Of a stretch of 64,000 nucleotides of DNA, positions 50,425 through 61,059 are shown piece after piece. The position numbers and the translations under genes are program-made. A model generated the notes under the pieces. It worked only from the letters and a program-made list of their open reading frames with translations, searched no databases and was not told where the DNA came from. Every line of letters begins with the position of its first letter. Positions within the stretch are counted from its first letter, which is position 1. This DNA comes from Vicinamibacterales bacterium. Lineage in GTDB: Bacteria; Acidobacteriota; Vicinamibacteria; Vicinamibacterales; UBA2999. The stretch is from the NCBI GenBank assembly GCA_965262505.1, contig CBDHFM010000030.1, positions 779,244-843,243 of the forward strand, in the 5' to 3' direction.

Positions 50425-51933
50425 ATGCAGAACCAAGACACACTCAAGATTCGCAGTCTATTAGTTGCAATAGGTTCTATAGCGCTTCTTAGCTCAGCGA
50501 GCACCTATGAAGCCTTTCACGGACCCACGGAGGTGATCTACTCCGATCCCGAGAAGACCGCCAGCGGGTATCTTCTGTTCTCGGCTTTGCCGGAAGTGGA
50601 CGCACACGAATATACCTATCTCGTCGATACAGACGGCAGCGTAGTCCACAAATGGAAAACGATCACGCCGGAGTATGGGGGGCGGGGTTATTCCATGGAG
50701 AAGACGGCTCGGTTGACCGAGACCGGGAGCCTCATTCAAGGATTGAGTACAGCCGGTCATGTGTACGAGGGTGAGCGGGTACTGCAGGAGCTCGACTGGG
50801 AGGGAAACCTCGTCTGGGACTTCAGTGACCCTCGCGAGGGTTACCTCTACCACCACAACTTCAAAAGGATTTGGAATAACCATCTCAATGACTGGACGAT
50901 CATCTTCACCTCGCGGTTTCCGATGACTCAGGAGCAGGCAGTGGCGGCCGGTGCCGACCCCTCAGTTGACTGGAATGCCGCCCCCGATGGGGTCGTCGAG
51001 GTTGATATGGGTGGCAATATCGTCTGGGAGTGGTGGACCTTGGATCATGTCGTTCAAGACAAGAATCCGGCGTGGCCCAATTACGGTGTCCTGGCCGAGC
51101 ACCCGGAGAGGTTCGATCTCAATTGGGGCGGCGGGTTGCGAGGTGACTTCACGCACCAGAATGCGCTCGACTACAACCAGACGCTCGATCAGATCGTGGT
51201 GAACAACGACCGGATGAGCGAGCTCTATGTCATCGATCACGGAGGCTCGTTTGTCGTGGGAGATTTCGAGACCAGCAAGGCGCTGGCGGCTGGGCCCAAG
51301 GGAGATATCATTTTTCGCTGGGGAAACCCGAGTCTCTATGACTCCGGTGAGGGCCCCAGCTTCAACGCAGACGGTAATAGAACCTCCGAAGGAGACCAGC
51401 GGCTGTTCCATCATCATGATACCCAGTGGATCAAAGCGGGTCTGCAGGGAGCGGGTAATTTCTTGATATTCGAGAACGGTTCACGACGCGCGGGCGTGCA
51501 CCGTTCAGAGCTCCTCGAGATCAATCCTTACGCCGGCGCTTATCCGAACGCGCCGTATCGGTCAGAACTAGCGGCGGGCGGACCTGCGAAGCAGGTGGTT
51601 TGGAGTTTCACATCCCGCGAGCCCAATAGCTTCTCGAGCCGCAATATCTCAGGCGTTCAGCGTTTAGCGAACGGGAATACGCTCGGAGTAGCTGGTCGAC
51701 ACGGACACGCGTTTCAAGTAACGCCTGACGGTGAAGTGGTCTGGGAATACATCGTGCCGATCATAAGGGGTGTGCCGGAGGATGCAGATCTCGACGACAT
51801 CTACAAGGCAGCTATATCCGACGCTGATGACAACTCCGTTTTTACGGCCCACTGGATCCCGCTGGATCACCCGGGACTTGTCGGCAAGGACCTCACACCG
51901 CAAGGCAAGATCACCGATATCCTGACGCAGTGA
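50425..51933 (+). CDS. Arylsulfotransferase (ASST)-like secreted beta-propeller protein
   Basis: N-terminal hydrophobic signal, YLVDTDGSVVHKW, YHHNF, THQNALDYN, HHHDTQW, VQRLANGNTL, TPDGEVVWEY. Confidence 0.78.
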   Translation: MQNQDTLKIRSLLVAIGSIALLSSASTYEAFHGPTEVIYSDPEKTASGYLLFSALPEVDAHEYTYLVDTDGSVVHKWKTITPEYGGRGYSMEKTARLTETGSLIQGLSTAGHVYEGERVLQELDWEGNLVWDFSDPREGYLYHHNFKRIWNNHLNDWTIIFTSRFPMTQEQAVAAGADPSVDWNAAPDGVVEVDMGGNIVWEWWTLDHVVQDKNPAWPNYGVLAEHPERFDLNWGGGLRGDFTHQNALDYNQTLDQIVVNNDRMSELYVIDHGGSFVVGDFETSKALAAGPKGDIIFRWGNPSLYDSGEGPSFNADGNRTSEGDQRLFHHHDTQWIKAGLQGAGNFLIFENGSRRAGVHRSELLEINPYAGAYPNAPYRSELAAGGPAKQVVWSFTSREPNSFSSRNISGVQRLANGNTLGVAGRHGHAFQVTPDGEVVWEYIVPIIRGVPEDADLDDIYKAAISDADDNSVFTAHWIPLDHPGLVGKDLTPQGKITDILTQ

Positions 51934-51939
51934 TCGTCC

Positions 51940-52043
51940 CGGGATCGGGTTGTCTCGATCAAGGTGCTGGCGGAAGCCTTCGCCACGGACCCGGCGCGAC
52001 TGGCCTGGTTCGAGCGAGAAGCCAAAGTCCTGGCTTCACTGAA
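51940..52043 (+). pseudogene. Ser/Thr kinase fragment (subdomains II-III)
   Basis: RDRVVSIKVLAEAFATDPARLAWFEREAKVLASLK. Confidence 0.85.
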
Positions 52044-52060
52044 GACGATAGGCGAACGAT

Positions 52061-53593
52061 ATGAATCGACGAGAGTTTCTCAGCAATACAACGGGCCTGG
52101 GTTTAGCGTTGGCATTCCCAGCAGTCCGTTCAAGTAGGCTCTTGGGTGCGCAAGCGCCGGCCGACCTCACCGATTTGAGTGCGTCGCAACTGTCGGCTGC
52201 CGTCAGGCAAAGCCAAATCAGTTGTGTTGAGGTGATGCAGGCGTATCTGCAACGGATTCACCGTTACAATCCCGTCTACAACGCCATCGTCAGCATGGTC
52301 GATGACGATGTGCTGATCGGACAAGCTGCACTCGCCGACCAGGCTTTGGCCAAGGGTGAGTACTGGGGCTGGATGCACGGTATGCCTCATGCAGTCAAAG
52401 ATCTGGCCGATGTGGAAGGCTTCCCAACGAGCAGAGGTTCTCCAATATACGCAGGCACTGTGGCGGGGCAAGACAGTTTCATGATCGGCAGGATTCGAAG
52501 CCAGGGCGCGATCTTTATCGGAAAAACCAACGTGCCTGAATTCGGTATGGGATCGCAGTCGTACAATCCGGTATTTGGTGCCACGGGCAGTGGATACGAT
52601 CCGGCTCTTACAGCGGGCGGTAGCAGCGGTGGCGCTGCGTGTGGTCTCGCAACTCACATGCTGCCGGTTGCCGATGGCAGTGATTTCATGGGATCGCTTC
52701 GCAACCCCGGTGCATTCAACAACGTGATCGGCTACAGGCCCAGTCAGGGCAGGGTGCCGGGGGGCGGCGGAGGTGATCTGTTCTATCAGCAGATGTCCAC
52801 CGGTGGCCCGATGGGACGAAACAGTGAAGATACGATTCGTCTGCTACACAGCGTTGCCGGCTATGATTCCGCCCAACCCTTGACCCTGAGAGATGAACTG
52901 CTGGCCTTTGAAGAGTTTCAGGCACCTGAGTTGTCGGGCCTCAAGATCGGGTGGATGGGAAGCTATGAGGGCTATCTCAACACCGAACCGGGCGTGCTCG
53001 AGCTCTGTGAGGCCAGCCTCGCCAGTCTCATCAAAGAGGGCGCGATCGTCGAGACCTGCAAGCCACAGTACGAAATGGACCGGCTCTGGCAGACGTGGTT
53101 GACCTTACGTCACTGGACGCGTCACGGGGCTAGGGCGCTCTACGACGACCCTGAATCTCGGAGGCTGCTGAAGCCCGAAGCGATCTGGGAGATCGAAGGC
53201 TCGTTCGAAACGTCGGGCGCAGATATTTACACGGCAGGAATTGCCCGTGCCGACTGGTTTCGCGCCTTGGGCGCTCTGTTCGACGAATACGATTTTCTGA
53301 TTCTACCGACGTCTCAGGTGTTTCCCTTCTCCAAGGACATTCACTGGCCCGAGTCCATCAACGGCGTTCAGATGGACACGTATCATCGCTGGATGGAGGT
53401 GGTCATAGGGGCGACGTTGGCCGGTCTCCCCGTGGTCAACGTGCCCGTTGGTTTTGATCGGCAGGGCCGACCCATGGGGATGCAGGTCATGGGGCGTTTT
53501 GGGGACGACCAAAAGGTTCTGGAATTCTCCATGGCCTACGAACGGGTTACGGATCACCTCGACAGACGACCAGACCTGATCGACCAAATCTAG
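52061..53593 (+). CDS. Amidase-signature family hydrolase with Tat signal
   Basis: MNRREFL twin-arginine signal; AVKDL, GGSSGG, GSDFMGSLRNP. Confidence 0.9.
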   Translation: MNRREFLSNTTGLGLALAFPAVRSSRLLGAQAPADLTDLSASQLSAAVRQSQISCVEVMQAYLQRIHRYNPVYNAIVSMVDDDVLIGQAALADQALAKGEYWGWMHGMPHAVKDLADVEGFPTSRGSPIYAGTVAGQDSFMIGRIRSQGAIFIGKTNVPEFGMGSQSYNPVFGATGSGYDPALTAGGSSGGAACGLATHMLPVADGSDFMGSLRNPGAFNNVIGYRPSQGRVPGGGGGDLFYQQMSTGGPMGRNSEDTIRLLHSVAGYDSAQPLTLRDELLAFEEFQAPELSGLKIGWMGSYEGYLNTEPGVLELCEASLASLIKEGAIVETCKPQYEMDRLWQTWLTLRHWTRHGARALYDDPESRRLLKPEAIWEIEGSFETSGADIYTAGIARADWFRALGALFDEYDFLILPTSQVFPFSKDIHWPESINGVQMDTYHRWMEVVIGATLAGLPVVNVPVGFDRQGRPMGMQVMGRFGDDQKVLEFSMAYERVTDHLDRRPDLIDQI

Positions 53594-53716
53594 ACCTCCG
53601 TCTCGCCCCTTGTCCTTGGCTCCCGCTGAGCGGCAGCTCGCAGTACGTATCTACAAAACCCCGGTGGGGGCGCTCAAGTTCCTCAGCGGTTCGCCCTATA
53701 ATCAGGCCCGAGTCCA

Positions 53717-53839
53717 ATGGCCCTAGCGTCCGGCACCCGCCTCGGTCCGTATGCGATCACCGCCTCGATCGGCGTGGGCGGGATGGGGGAGGTGTATCGG
53801 GCGACCGACACGAAGCTGAAGCGCGAGGCACGGAAGTAG
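53717..53839 (+). pseudogene. Ser/Thr kinase 5' fragment with its own start
   Basis: MALASGTRLGPYAITASIGVGGMGEVYRATDTKLKRE then ARK*; a TATAAT lies about 15 bp upstream. Confidence 0.88.
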
Positions 53840-53922
53840 ACGAGATAATTGGGGAGGCCGAGAGCATGCTGTCAAAAAGCCGGTGTTTACCTACAGCGCT
53901 CGTTTTATTCTTCGGGGTTCAG

Positions 53923-54640
53923 AGCGTTGGCGCACGGATCCCGCGCCCTCGGTGAGCCACGATCGACATCCTGGCCATCGTGAGGACGGAGTTGCAGGAT
54001 CTCGATATGCAGTCGAGCGTGTCCCCGAAGTCCAAGACAAGAGACCCCGTCGGAAACTGGTCGGCATACGACCGAGCGCTGGTCCAGCGAGTCGATATCA
54101 CCGTGTGGTTGGTCCCGGATGCGATCCCCGCATCGAAACCGCGCTGACGCTTCGGCTTATCTTCCACCTGCCCCCTCCGGTAGACGCAAGGCTTCCTGAC
54201 ATCGATCTTCGGGATGCTGGGTCTCGACCTATCCCCACCCGATCACACCACGCGCTCACAGCGTGGCCAGCATCTCGACCTTTCGCTTCGCCGTGCTCCC
54301 GCTGGTGCCAGCTTGCCTCTCCTCGTCGCCAGTCCGGGACTTTCGATCATGGACGAGGATGCATGGGCCGCCGTGAAATACGGAGGACGGGGGCGGCGAG
54401 GCTGGAAGAAGCTGCATTTCGGTATCGACCGACGGGTGTGATCGTCGCCTTGGCTCTGACGGAGGCGTGTGTCGACGACGTGACGACTGGCAGCACGTTG
54501 ATCGAGGAGGTCGACGGCGTCCTCGGAAGGGTGACGGCGAATGCCGCCTACGATACGATCGGTTTCTACGAGGCCGCCGGACCGCGTGGCGCGACCGTCG
54601 TGGTTCTGCCGACGAGTACGGCCACCGAGGCTGATCGTCT
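53923..54640 (+). mobile_element. Degenerate IS903-like variant
   Basis: Multiply frameshifted pieces (IETALTLRLIFHL, GWKKLH, VTANAAYD); the 5' region is homologous to the inverted copy at 59193-59277. Confidence 0.8.
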
Positions 54641-54835
54641 GGACACGTTACCAACACTCAGTTACGCGTCCACCAGTTCGTCAAGAACAATCTTCTTTAT
54701 CAGTTTTATCAGTTGATTTGGCGAGAGTAATGCTCATGGACATCGACATCAAGCTGAACATCCCCGCCCTCGAAAAACTGATGGATTATACGGTCAGTGG
54801 AATAGGCAGTGTCGCCGGCCCTATGTTGGTGTCCT

Positions 54836-56114
54836 TGACCTGCCGGCTTTCTTCGGACCAGTGATTACTGGAGAACAGCGCCAGTTGAAGTTCGTCGTGC
54901 GTCTCCGTGTTCTTCCTGGTCAGCGCGAGCCGGCATTGCCGACGAGCGCCCTCCGTCATCCGAGCCAGCCCTGAGCTGCGCCTTGAACTCGGCTGGCGTC
55001 AGATAGCCAAGGCTTGAGTGCGGCCGCACCTCGTTGTAGTGCTGTCGCCACTGCTCGATCCCGACCTTCGCGTCCATGCGGTTCCGAAACCACTGGAGGC
55101 TCAGGAACTCGTCGCGGAACTTCCCGTTGAACGATTCGTCGGTGGCATTCTGCCACGGCTTCCCCGGGTCGATCAGCGCCGTGTCAATGCCCGCGTCACC
55201 GAGCCAGCGCAAGATGGCGGTGGCCACGAACTCCGGTCCGTTGTCCGACCGCAGGTGCCGCGGGGCGCCGTGCACGCTGACCAGCTGGGCGAGCACCTCG
55301 ATCACGCGCCCAGAGCGGATGCCGCCGGCCACGTCAATCGCCAGACATTCGCGGGTCCACTCGTCGACGATCGTCAGGCATTTGAGCGTCTGCCGATTTG
55401 CACAGGTGTCGAACACGAAGTCGTACGCCCACACGTGGTTCCGGGCGGTCGGCGGCAGCGGCCGGGGCCGTCCCGTGGCCACCCGGCGCCGGGGGCGCCG
55501 CCGCGGGACCTGCAACCCCGCCTGGCGCCAGAGCCGATGTGTGCGATCGGGGCTCATCACGTGCCCCTCTCGTCTCAGGAAGATCCGGATCCGGCGATAC
55601 CCATAGCGGGGATACTGGGCCGCCAAGCGGCGCATCGCGGTCAGAGCGGGGGCATCCCGCACCGCCAGCCGCGACTGATAGCCCAAGGTCGACCGCGCCA
55701 CCGAGAGTACGGCGCACGCGCGGCGGTCGGACAGACCGCGTGATCGGGTATACGCGACCTGCTGCCGGCGCACGCGTGCGCCTACCATTTTTTTCGCGTG
55801 ATCTCCTTGAGGACGTCGATCTCCAGGTCCCGGTCCGCCACCATCTTCTTCAGGCGGCCGTTCTCCTGCTCGAGCTGGCGCAAGCGCTTGACGTCGGACG
55901 GTTCCAAGCTGCCAAAGTGCTTCCGCCAGCTGTAGATCGTCTGGCCGCTGACACCGTGCTTCTTCGCCACGTCCGGGACCGGTTTCGTGTCGGCCTCCCG
56001 CAGGATCGTGACCATCTGTTCTTCGGTGAATCGGGTCTTCTTCATGGCTCCCTCACTTTCCGAGGGCGCCATTCTCTCAAGCGTCAGCTGGTCCGAAAAA
56101 TGGCAGGCAGGTCA
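54836..56114 (-). mobile_element. Complete IS3-family element (orfA 55782-56045, orfB 54865-55788)
   Basis: IRs TGACCTGCC...TTCGGACCAG at both ends; MKKTRFTEEQ orfA; A-run frameshift window; DDE core WAYDF, SDNGPEF, ESFNGKFRDE. Confidence 0.92.
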
Positions 56115-56726
56115 CCGCGTCGTGCTCGGCATGTAGCGCGGGTCGGCGGTCGTCGCCGCATCGACGAGGTGGCGAATGGCGGTGGTGTCCAGGACGTAGG
56201 CGCCGTGCTCGAAGTCGATCAGGTCCGCCAGGGCCACCGCCGTGTCCGCGACGACCAGCGTCACGTCCCCGCGCGTGCGCAGACCCAGCATCTGGTGCCG
56301 CGTGTCGCCGGCGGCGAGCCCGAGCGGCCGCGTCTCTGAATCGTCGACCCGGTGCCGGCTCCGGCGCAGGCCCAGCTGCGCGACGACAAACCGGGCGAGC
56401 GCCTCCCCGTCACATTTCCATTGGTCCACGTGGGCCGTCGTGAGCACCACCCGGTTGATGTCGCTCCGTTTGTCACAGACGATGAAGCGTGCCGCCTCGC
56501 GTGACCCCGCGGGGATCGTCTGCACCGGCATGACGCAGTCGGCTTCGCAGCCAGGACAGACCACCGTCGTGGCGGGCCGCGCCCGGACCAGGAGCCGGTG
56601 CGCCTTGAGGGCCGCGACGGCCTCGGCCGGCCACTGGCGTACGTCGGTCTCGCTCACTCGCACCGCCGCGCCGTCTCGCGCCCCGACCCGGGCGACGAGG
56701 TCGAGCAGGGCCTCCCGCGGCGTCAT
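56115..56726 (-). pseudogene. Hypothetical Cys-containing protein truncated by IS3
   Basis: MTPREALLDL...CPGCEADC...FIVCDKRSDI; cut at the IS3 end. Confidence 0.5.
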
Positions 56727-56731
56727 CCCGC

Positions 56732-59277
56732 GGCGTTGTTGCATGAATCGGAACAAGCCCGCACCGATCTCGATCCACAGCTCCTTCACCGACCGATGCG
56801 GTACGACATCGGCCTGCCCAGCCCAGTCATCTGATTCAGGATGTTGCACGCGAGGACGACCTCAGTCCCTCGCCCTGCAGGACTGCACGCTCGAAGGCCG
56901 TCTCCGATGATCGACTTGTACCGGAAGAACGCATTCTCCACGCGAGCCTGCCCATGGTAGCCAGACATCTTCTTCCAGCGTCGCCGTCCTATCTCCTTGA
57001 CCGCCAGGATCGTGTGATCACGGGCGCGCGACCGCGGGCCGTGTCGAGGCACGTTGGCCGTAATCGTTGGCGGCACCATGACGGTCGCGCCCCGCGCCCC
57101 GGCAGCCTCGTAGAAGTCGATCGTATCGTAGGCGGCATCCGCCGTCACCCGTCCGAGAGCGCCGTCGATCGTCTCGATCAGCGTGATGCCAGTCGTCGCG
57201 TCGTCGACACTCGCCTCCGTTAGCAGCCCGTGGTTAAAAGGGGGGATCGACATGGTCGATCCGACGTACTACACTCCCGGCATGGCTATGGGTCGTCGCA
57301 AGCACCGCGCACGGACGCCGAGTTTGTGGATCGCCACCAATGAGTTGCCCCGGACCGGCGGACACCCGTTCTACCAGCGACTGAATCAGGTCCTCGACAC
57401 GCATGCCTTCGACGAGTTCGTGGAGGCGCAGTGCGCGCCGTTCTACGCCGCCGCGGTGGGACGGCCGAGTCTGACGCCGGGGACCTACTTTCGACTGCTG
57501 TTGATCGGGTACTTCGAAGGCATTGACTCGGAACGTGGTATCACGTGGCGGACAGCCGATTCCCTCGCGCTTCGTGGCTTTCTGGGCCTGGGCCTCGATG
57601 AAGTCACACCTGAGCACTCGACGATCTCGCGGACACGACGCCTGATCGATGTGGAGACGCACCGCGCGGTCTTCACCTGGATCCTGCACGTGCTGGCAAC
57701 CGCGGATCTGATCAGGGGCAAGACGATCGGTATTGATGCCACGACCCTGGAGGCGAACGCCGCCCTGCTGCGGAGCATCGTGCGCCGCGATTCGGGCGAG
57801 ACCTATCAGGAGTTTCTGACGCAGCTCGCGCAAGCGTCCGGCATGGCCACGCCGACGCGGGCGGACTCGGCGCGGTTGGATCGGACCCGCCCGACGAAGG
57901 GCCGGAACACCGACTGGCGGCATCCGCACGACCCCGACGCGCGCATCACGAAGATGAAGGACGGCCGCACACACCTCGCGCACAAGGCCGAGCACGCGGT
58001 CGACCTGGAGACCGGCGGCATCGTCGGGGTGACGGTCCAGGGCGCCGACCAGGGGGAGACCACGACCATCGCGGACCCGGTGACGGCGGCCGCCGAGGAC
58101 CTCGAAGCGGTGGCCACGGTGACAGACGAGCCCACCAGCGTGATCGAGGACGTCGTCGCCGACAAGGGGTATCACAGCAACCAGGTCTTGGTGGATCTGG
58201 CGGCGCTGGACCTGCGCACGTACATTGCCGAACCACAGCGCGGCCGACGGCGCTGGACGCGCACGGCCACGGCGCGAGACGCGGTGTATGCCAATCGCCG
58301 CCGCATCCGCCGCGCCCGGGGCCGAGCCCTGCAGCGCCAGCGCAGCGAACGCCTCGAACGCCCATCTCTACGAGACCGGGGGCCGGCGGCGGACACATCG
58401 GCGCGGGCACCCCAACATCCTCAAACGACTGCTCGTCCACACGGGCGCCTTCAACTTAGGCCTGCTCATGCGAACGCTGACCGGCGTGGGCACGCCGCGT
58501 GGCCTCCAGGGGCGCAGGGCGGCGGTCTGGGCGCTCGTCGTCGCCGTGTGGACCTGCGTGGTCGACCTCTGGCGCCACGATCACACCCCATCCGGCGACC
58601 ACGCGCCCGCAGGCACACCGCATCATCGTTTCGAACGATTTCCAGTCCGCGCGGCAGAAGGGGCCGTTTAACCACGGGCTGTTAGGGCTCGGGCGACGAT
58701 CACGCCCGATCGGTCGACACCGAGATGCAGCTTCTTCCAGCCTCGCCTCCCTCGTCCTCCATGTTTCACAGCGGCCCATTCGCCCTCGCCCACGACCGAG
58801 AGGCCCGTGCTGTCGACAAGGAGATGCATACTGGCACCCGCGGGGGCGCGACGAAGCGCGAGGTCGAGATGCTGGCCACGCCGTAAGAGCGTGGTGTGAT
58901 CGGGCACGGACAGATCGAGACCCAGCATCCTGAAAATCGATGTCAAGAAGCCTTCAGTCTGCCGCAGGGGCAGGTGGAAGATGAGCCGGAGCGTCAGCGC
59001 GCTTTCGATGGCGAGATCGGAATACTGCCGCTGCCCGCCACGCGTGCCGACGCCCACGGCCTCCCAGGTGGCGACCGCCTCCGGGGCCAACCACACGGTG
59101 ATATCGCCTCGCTGGACCAGCGCTCGGTCGTATGCCGGCCAATTCCCGACGTGGTATGTTGTCTTGTACTTTGGGTGCACGCTCGACTTCATGTCGAGAT
59201 CATGCACCTGTGGTCGCCACGATGGCCAGGAGGTCGATCGTGGCTCACCGCGGGCGCGGGATCCGTGCACCAACGCC
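56732..59277 (-). mobile_element. IS903-like variant interrupted by an IS1182-like element
   Basis: IRs at 56732 and 59262-59277; the transposase from ATG 59192 (MKSSVHPKYK) is split in VIVARAL|TEASVDD. Confidence 0.88.
57224..58681 (+). mobile_element. IS1182-like (DUF772) element with frameshifted transposase
   Basis: 15-bp IRs cagcccgtggttaaa/tttaaccacgggctg, TTAG duplication on both sides, GRPS...IDSERG...IDATTLEANA...ADKGY; frameshift near 58365. Confidence 0.85.
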
Positions 59278-59513
59278 GTGCGCAGGACCGCGTCATCCGT
59301 CTCGAGGAGCGCCTGCGGATGCACGGTCTCCTCCCGGACGATCTGAAGCCACGTATCAACGACTTCACGATGAACCAACTGGCGGCGCTTCGGTCCGCGA
59401 GTGACGACGAGCTCCCGGCTCTCGCTCGACAGGTCATCGATGACAGCATCGGCGACCGCAAGACGATCAAACAGATGGTCGTGAGTTGGCGGGCCGACTA
59501 TCAGAGGCTCTAG
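59278..59513 (+). pseudogene. C-terminal fragment of a DUF6526-like protein
   Basis: AQDRVIRLEERLR...QLAALRSASDDELPAL...IKQMVVSWRADYQRL*. Confidence 0.55.
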
Positions 59514-59514
59514 T

Positions 59515-60783
59515 TCAGACCAGGAACAGGTCGCGGGTGACGAGGCCCGCCTCGTGCACATTGGGGTCTGGCGAGGAGAAGCTGCGCCCCCCTTCAAATC
59601 CCCGGCCGCCCGGGCAGAGATAGGCCGCCCAGTTGTCCATCAGGCGGCGCCGACGCTCAAAGAGATCACTGCGGGCGTAGGCCGCCCCGGTGGGATTTTG
59701 TACCGTATGGGCGAGCGCGGCCTCGACCACTTCGCGGGGTGTGTTTGTTTGTTCCGCCGCCCAGTCCCGGAAGCTCGACCGGAACCCATGCGGCACGGCG
59801 GCGATGCCGAGTCCTTTGATCAAGTTCGACAGCGTCATGTCGGAGAGCGGCTTCCCGCGTGGACTGCGGAACACTAGATTGCTGCCGTCACTGCGTTCCC
59901 GTGCGTCGTGCAGGATCGCGAGCGCCCGCCGAGAGAGCGGCACGCGGTGATCCCGCTTCGCCTTCATGCGCGCGGCAGGAATGGTCCACACGCCAGCGTC
60001 CAAGTCCATCTCGTCCCACGTTGCCAGGCGCACCTCGCCGGACCGTGCCGCCGTCAGCACCAAGAGTTCGAACGCATCCTTGGTCGTGACCACCGCCTGG
60101 GAGGTTCGCATGGTCGCGAGGGCGTCCGCCACTTCACCGTGCGGCAGCGCCCGCATGTGTTGGACGACGGCCCGCTGCCGCCCGAGGGCCTGCCCGAGGG
60201 CGTCGCCCGCCGGGTTGTCCGGCCGGTAGCCCATCGCGATCGCCCACTTCATCACGGCGCCGATCCGTTGCCGGACCCGCCGCGCGGTCTCCGGCTTGTC
60301 GTGCCATATGGGGGTCAGGACCGCCAGCACGTCGCCCGTGGTCACGTCGGACACGGGCATCGCCCCGATGCGCGGGAACGCATAGGCGCGCAGACTGCGC
60401 GGCCAGGCCTGCCCGTACCTCGCGTTCCGCCAGCCGGGGCGCTGCTGCTCCAGCACCGCGGCGGCAGCCTCCTCGACCGTGGGCACGTCTGGGGCGCGGC
60501 GCTGCTCGGTCCGCGGATCCCCGCCCGCCCGCGCCTGCTTGCGGTGGGCGAACGCCACGTCGCGCGCCTCGGCCAGCGACACCAGCGGGTAGCCGCCGAG
60601 CCCGAGCATCCGGGGTCGGCCCCGAATGACCAGCCGTTGCACCCACCGCCGTGCCCCGGACGGGTCGACGCGCAAGTTCAGGCCGTGGCCGTCACAGTAG
60701 AAGCCGGGCGGGGCGGTGCGCACGAACACGGCACTCAAGCGATGCGTCAGGCGGCGCGACGGCCGCGGAGGAGTGTCTGTCAT
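59515..60783 (-). CDS. P4-like tyrosine integrase, second paralogue
   Basis: Same motifs as 47212-48435 (AARSGE, HGFRSSFRDW, LAH, AAYARS). Confidence 0.92.
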   Translation of the reverse strand: MTDTPPRPSRRLTHRLSAVFVRTAPPGFYCDGHGLNLRVDPSGARRWVQRLVIRGRPRMLGLGGYPLVSLAEARDVAFAHRKQARAGGDPRTEQRRAPDVPTVEEAAAAVLEQQRPGWRNARYGQAWPRSLRAYAFPRIGAMPVSDVTTGDVLAVLTPIWHDKPETARRVRQRIGAVMKWAIAMGYRPDNPAGDALGQALGRQRAVVQHMRALPHGEVADALATMRTSQAVVTTKDAFELLVLTAARSGEVRLATWDEMDLDAGVWTIPAARMKAKRDHRVPLSRRALAILHDARERSDGSNLVFRSPRGKPLSDMTLSNLIKGLGIAAVPHGFRSSFRDWAAEQTNTPREVVEAALAHTVQNPTGAAYARSDLFERRRRLMDNWAAYLCPGGRGFEGGRSFSSPDPNVHEAGLVTRDLFLV

Positions 60784-60959
60784 CGATTAGACCACGTGAT
60801 GTGCGTCCACAGTTCTGTATACAGATGAAATTCGGATGCGAGCGGAAGCGCCGGGACGCTATGAGCCGCACTCGGACAATAACCCATTTTTGTTAGAGAA
60901 AGTTACATGGACGCTCATGGGACATCACGGGAAGACGTCGGACACCGAACAATGGTGGA

Positions 60960-61023
60960 TGCGGAGGATCACGAGAAATGCGGGCCAAACCGCCCCACCG
61001 CAGAGTCTTCATGCAACAACGCC
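60960..61023 (-). mobile_element. Solitary IS903-like 5' end
   Basis: gagaaatgcgggccaaaccgcccc...ttcatgcaacaacgcc, as at the end of 43764-44845. Confidence 0.8.
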
Positions 61024-61059
61024 CCGGGTTGGCGACGCGGAGCGTCGCCCGCGAGCTTA

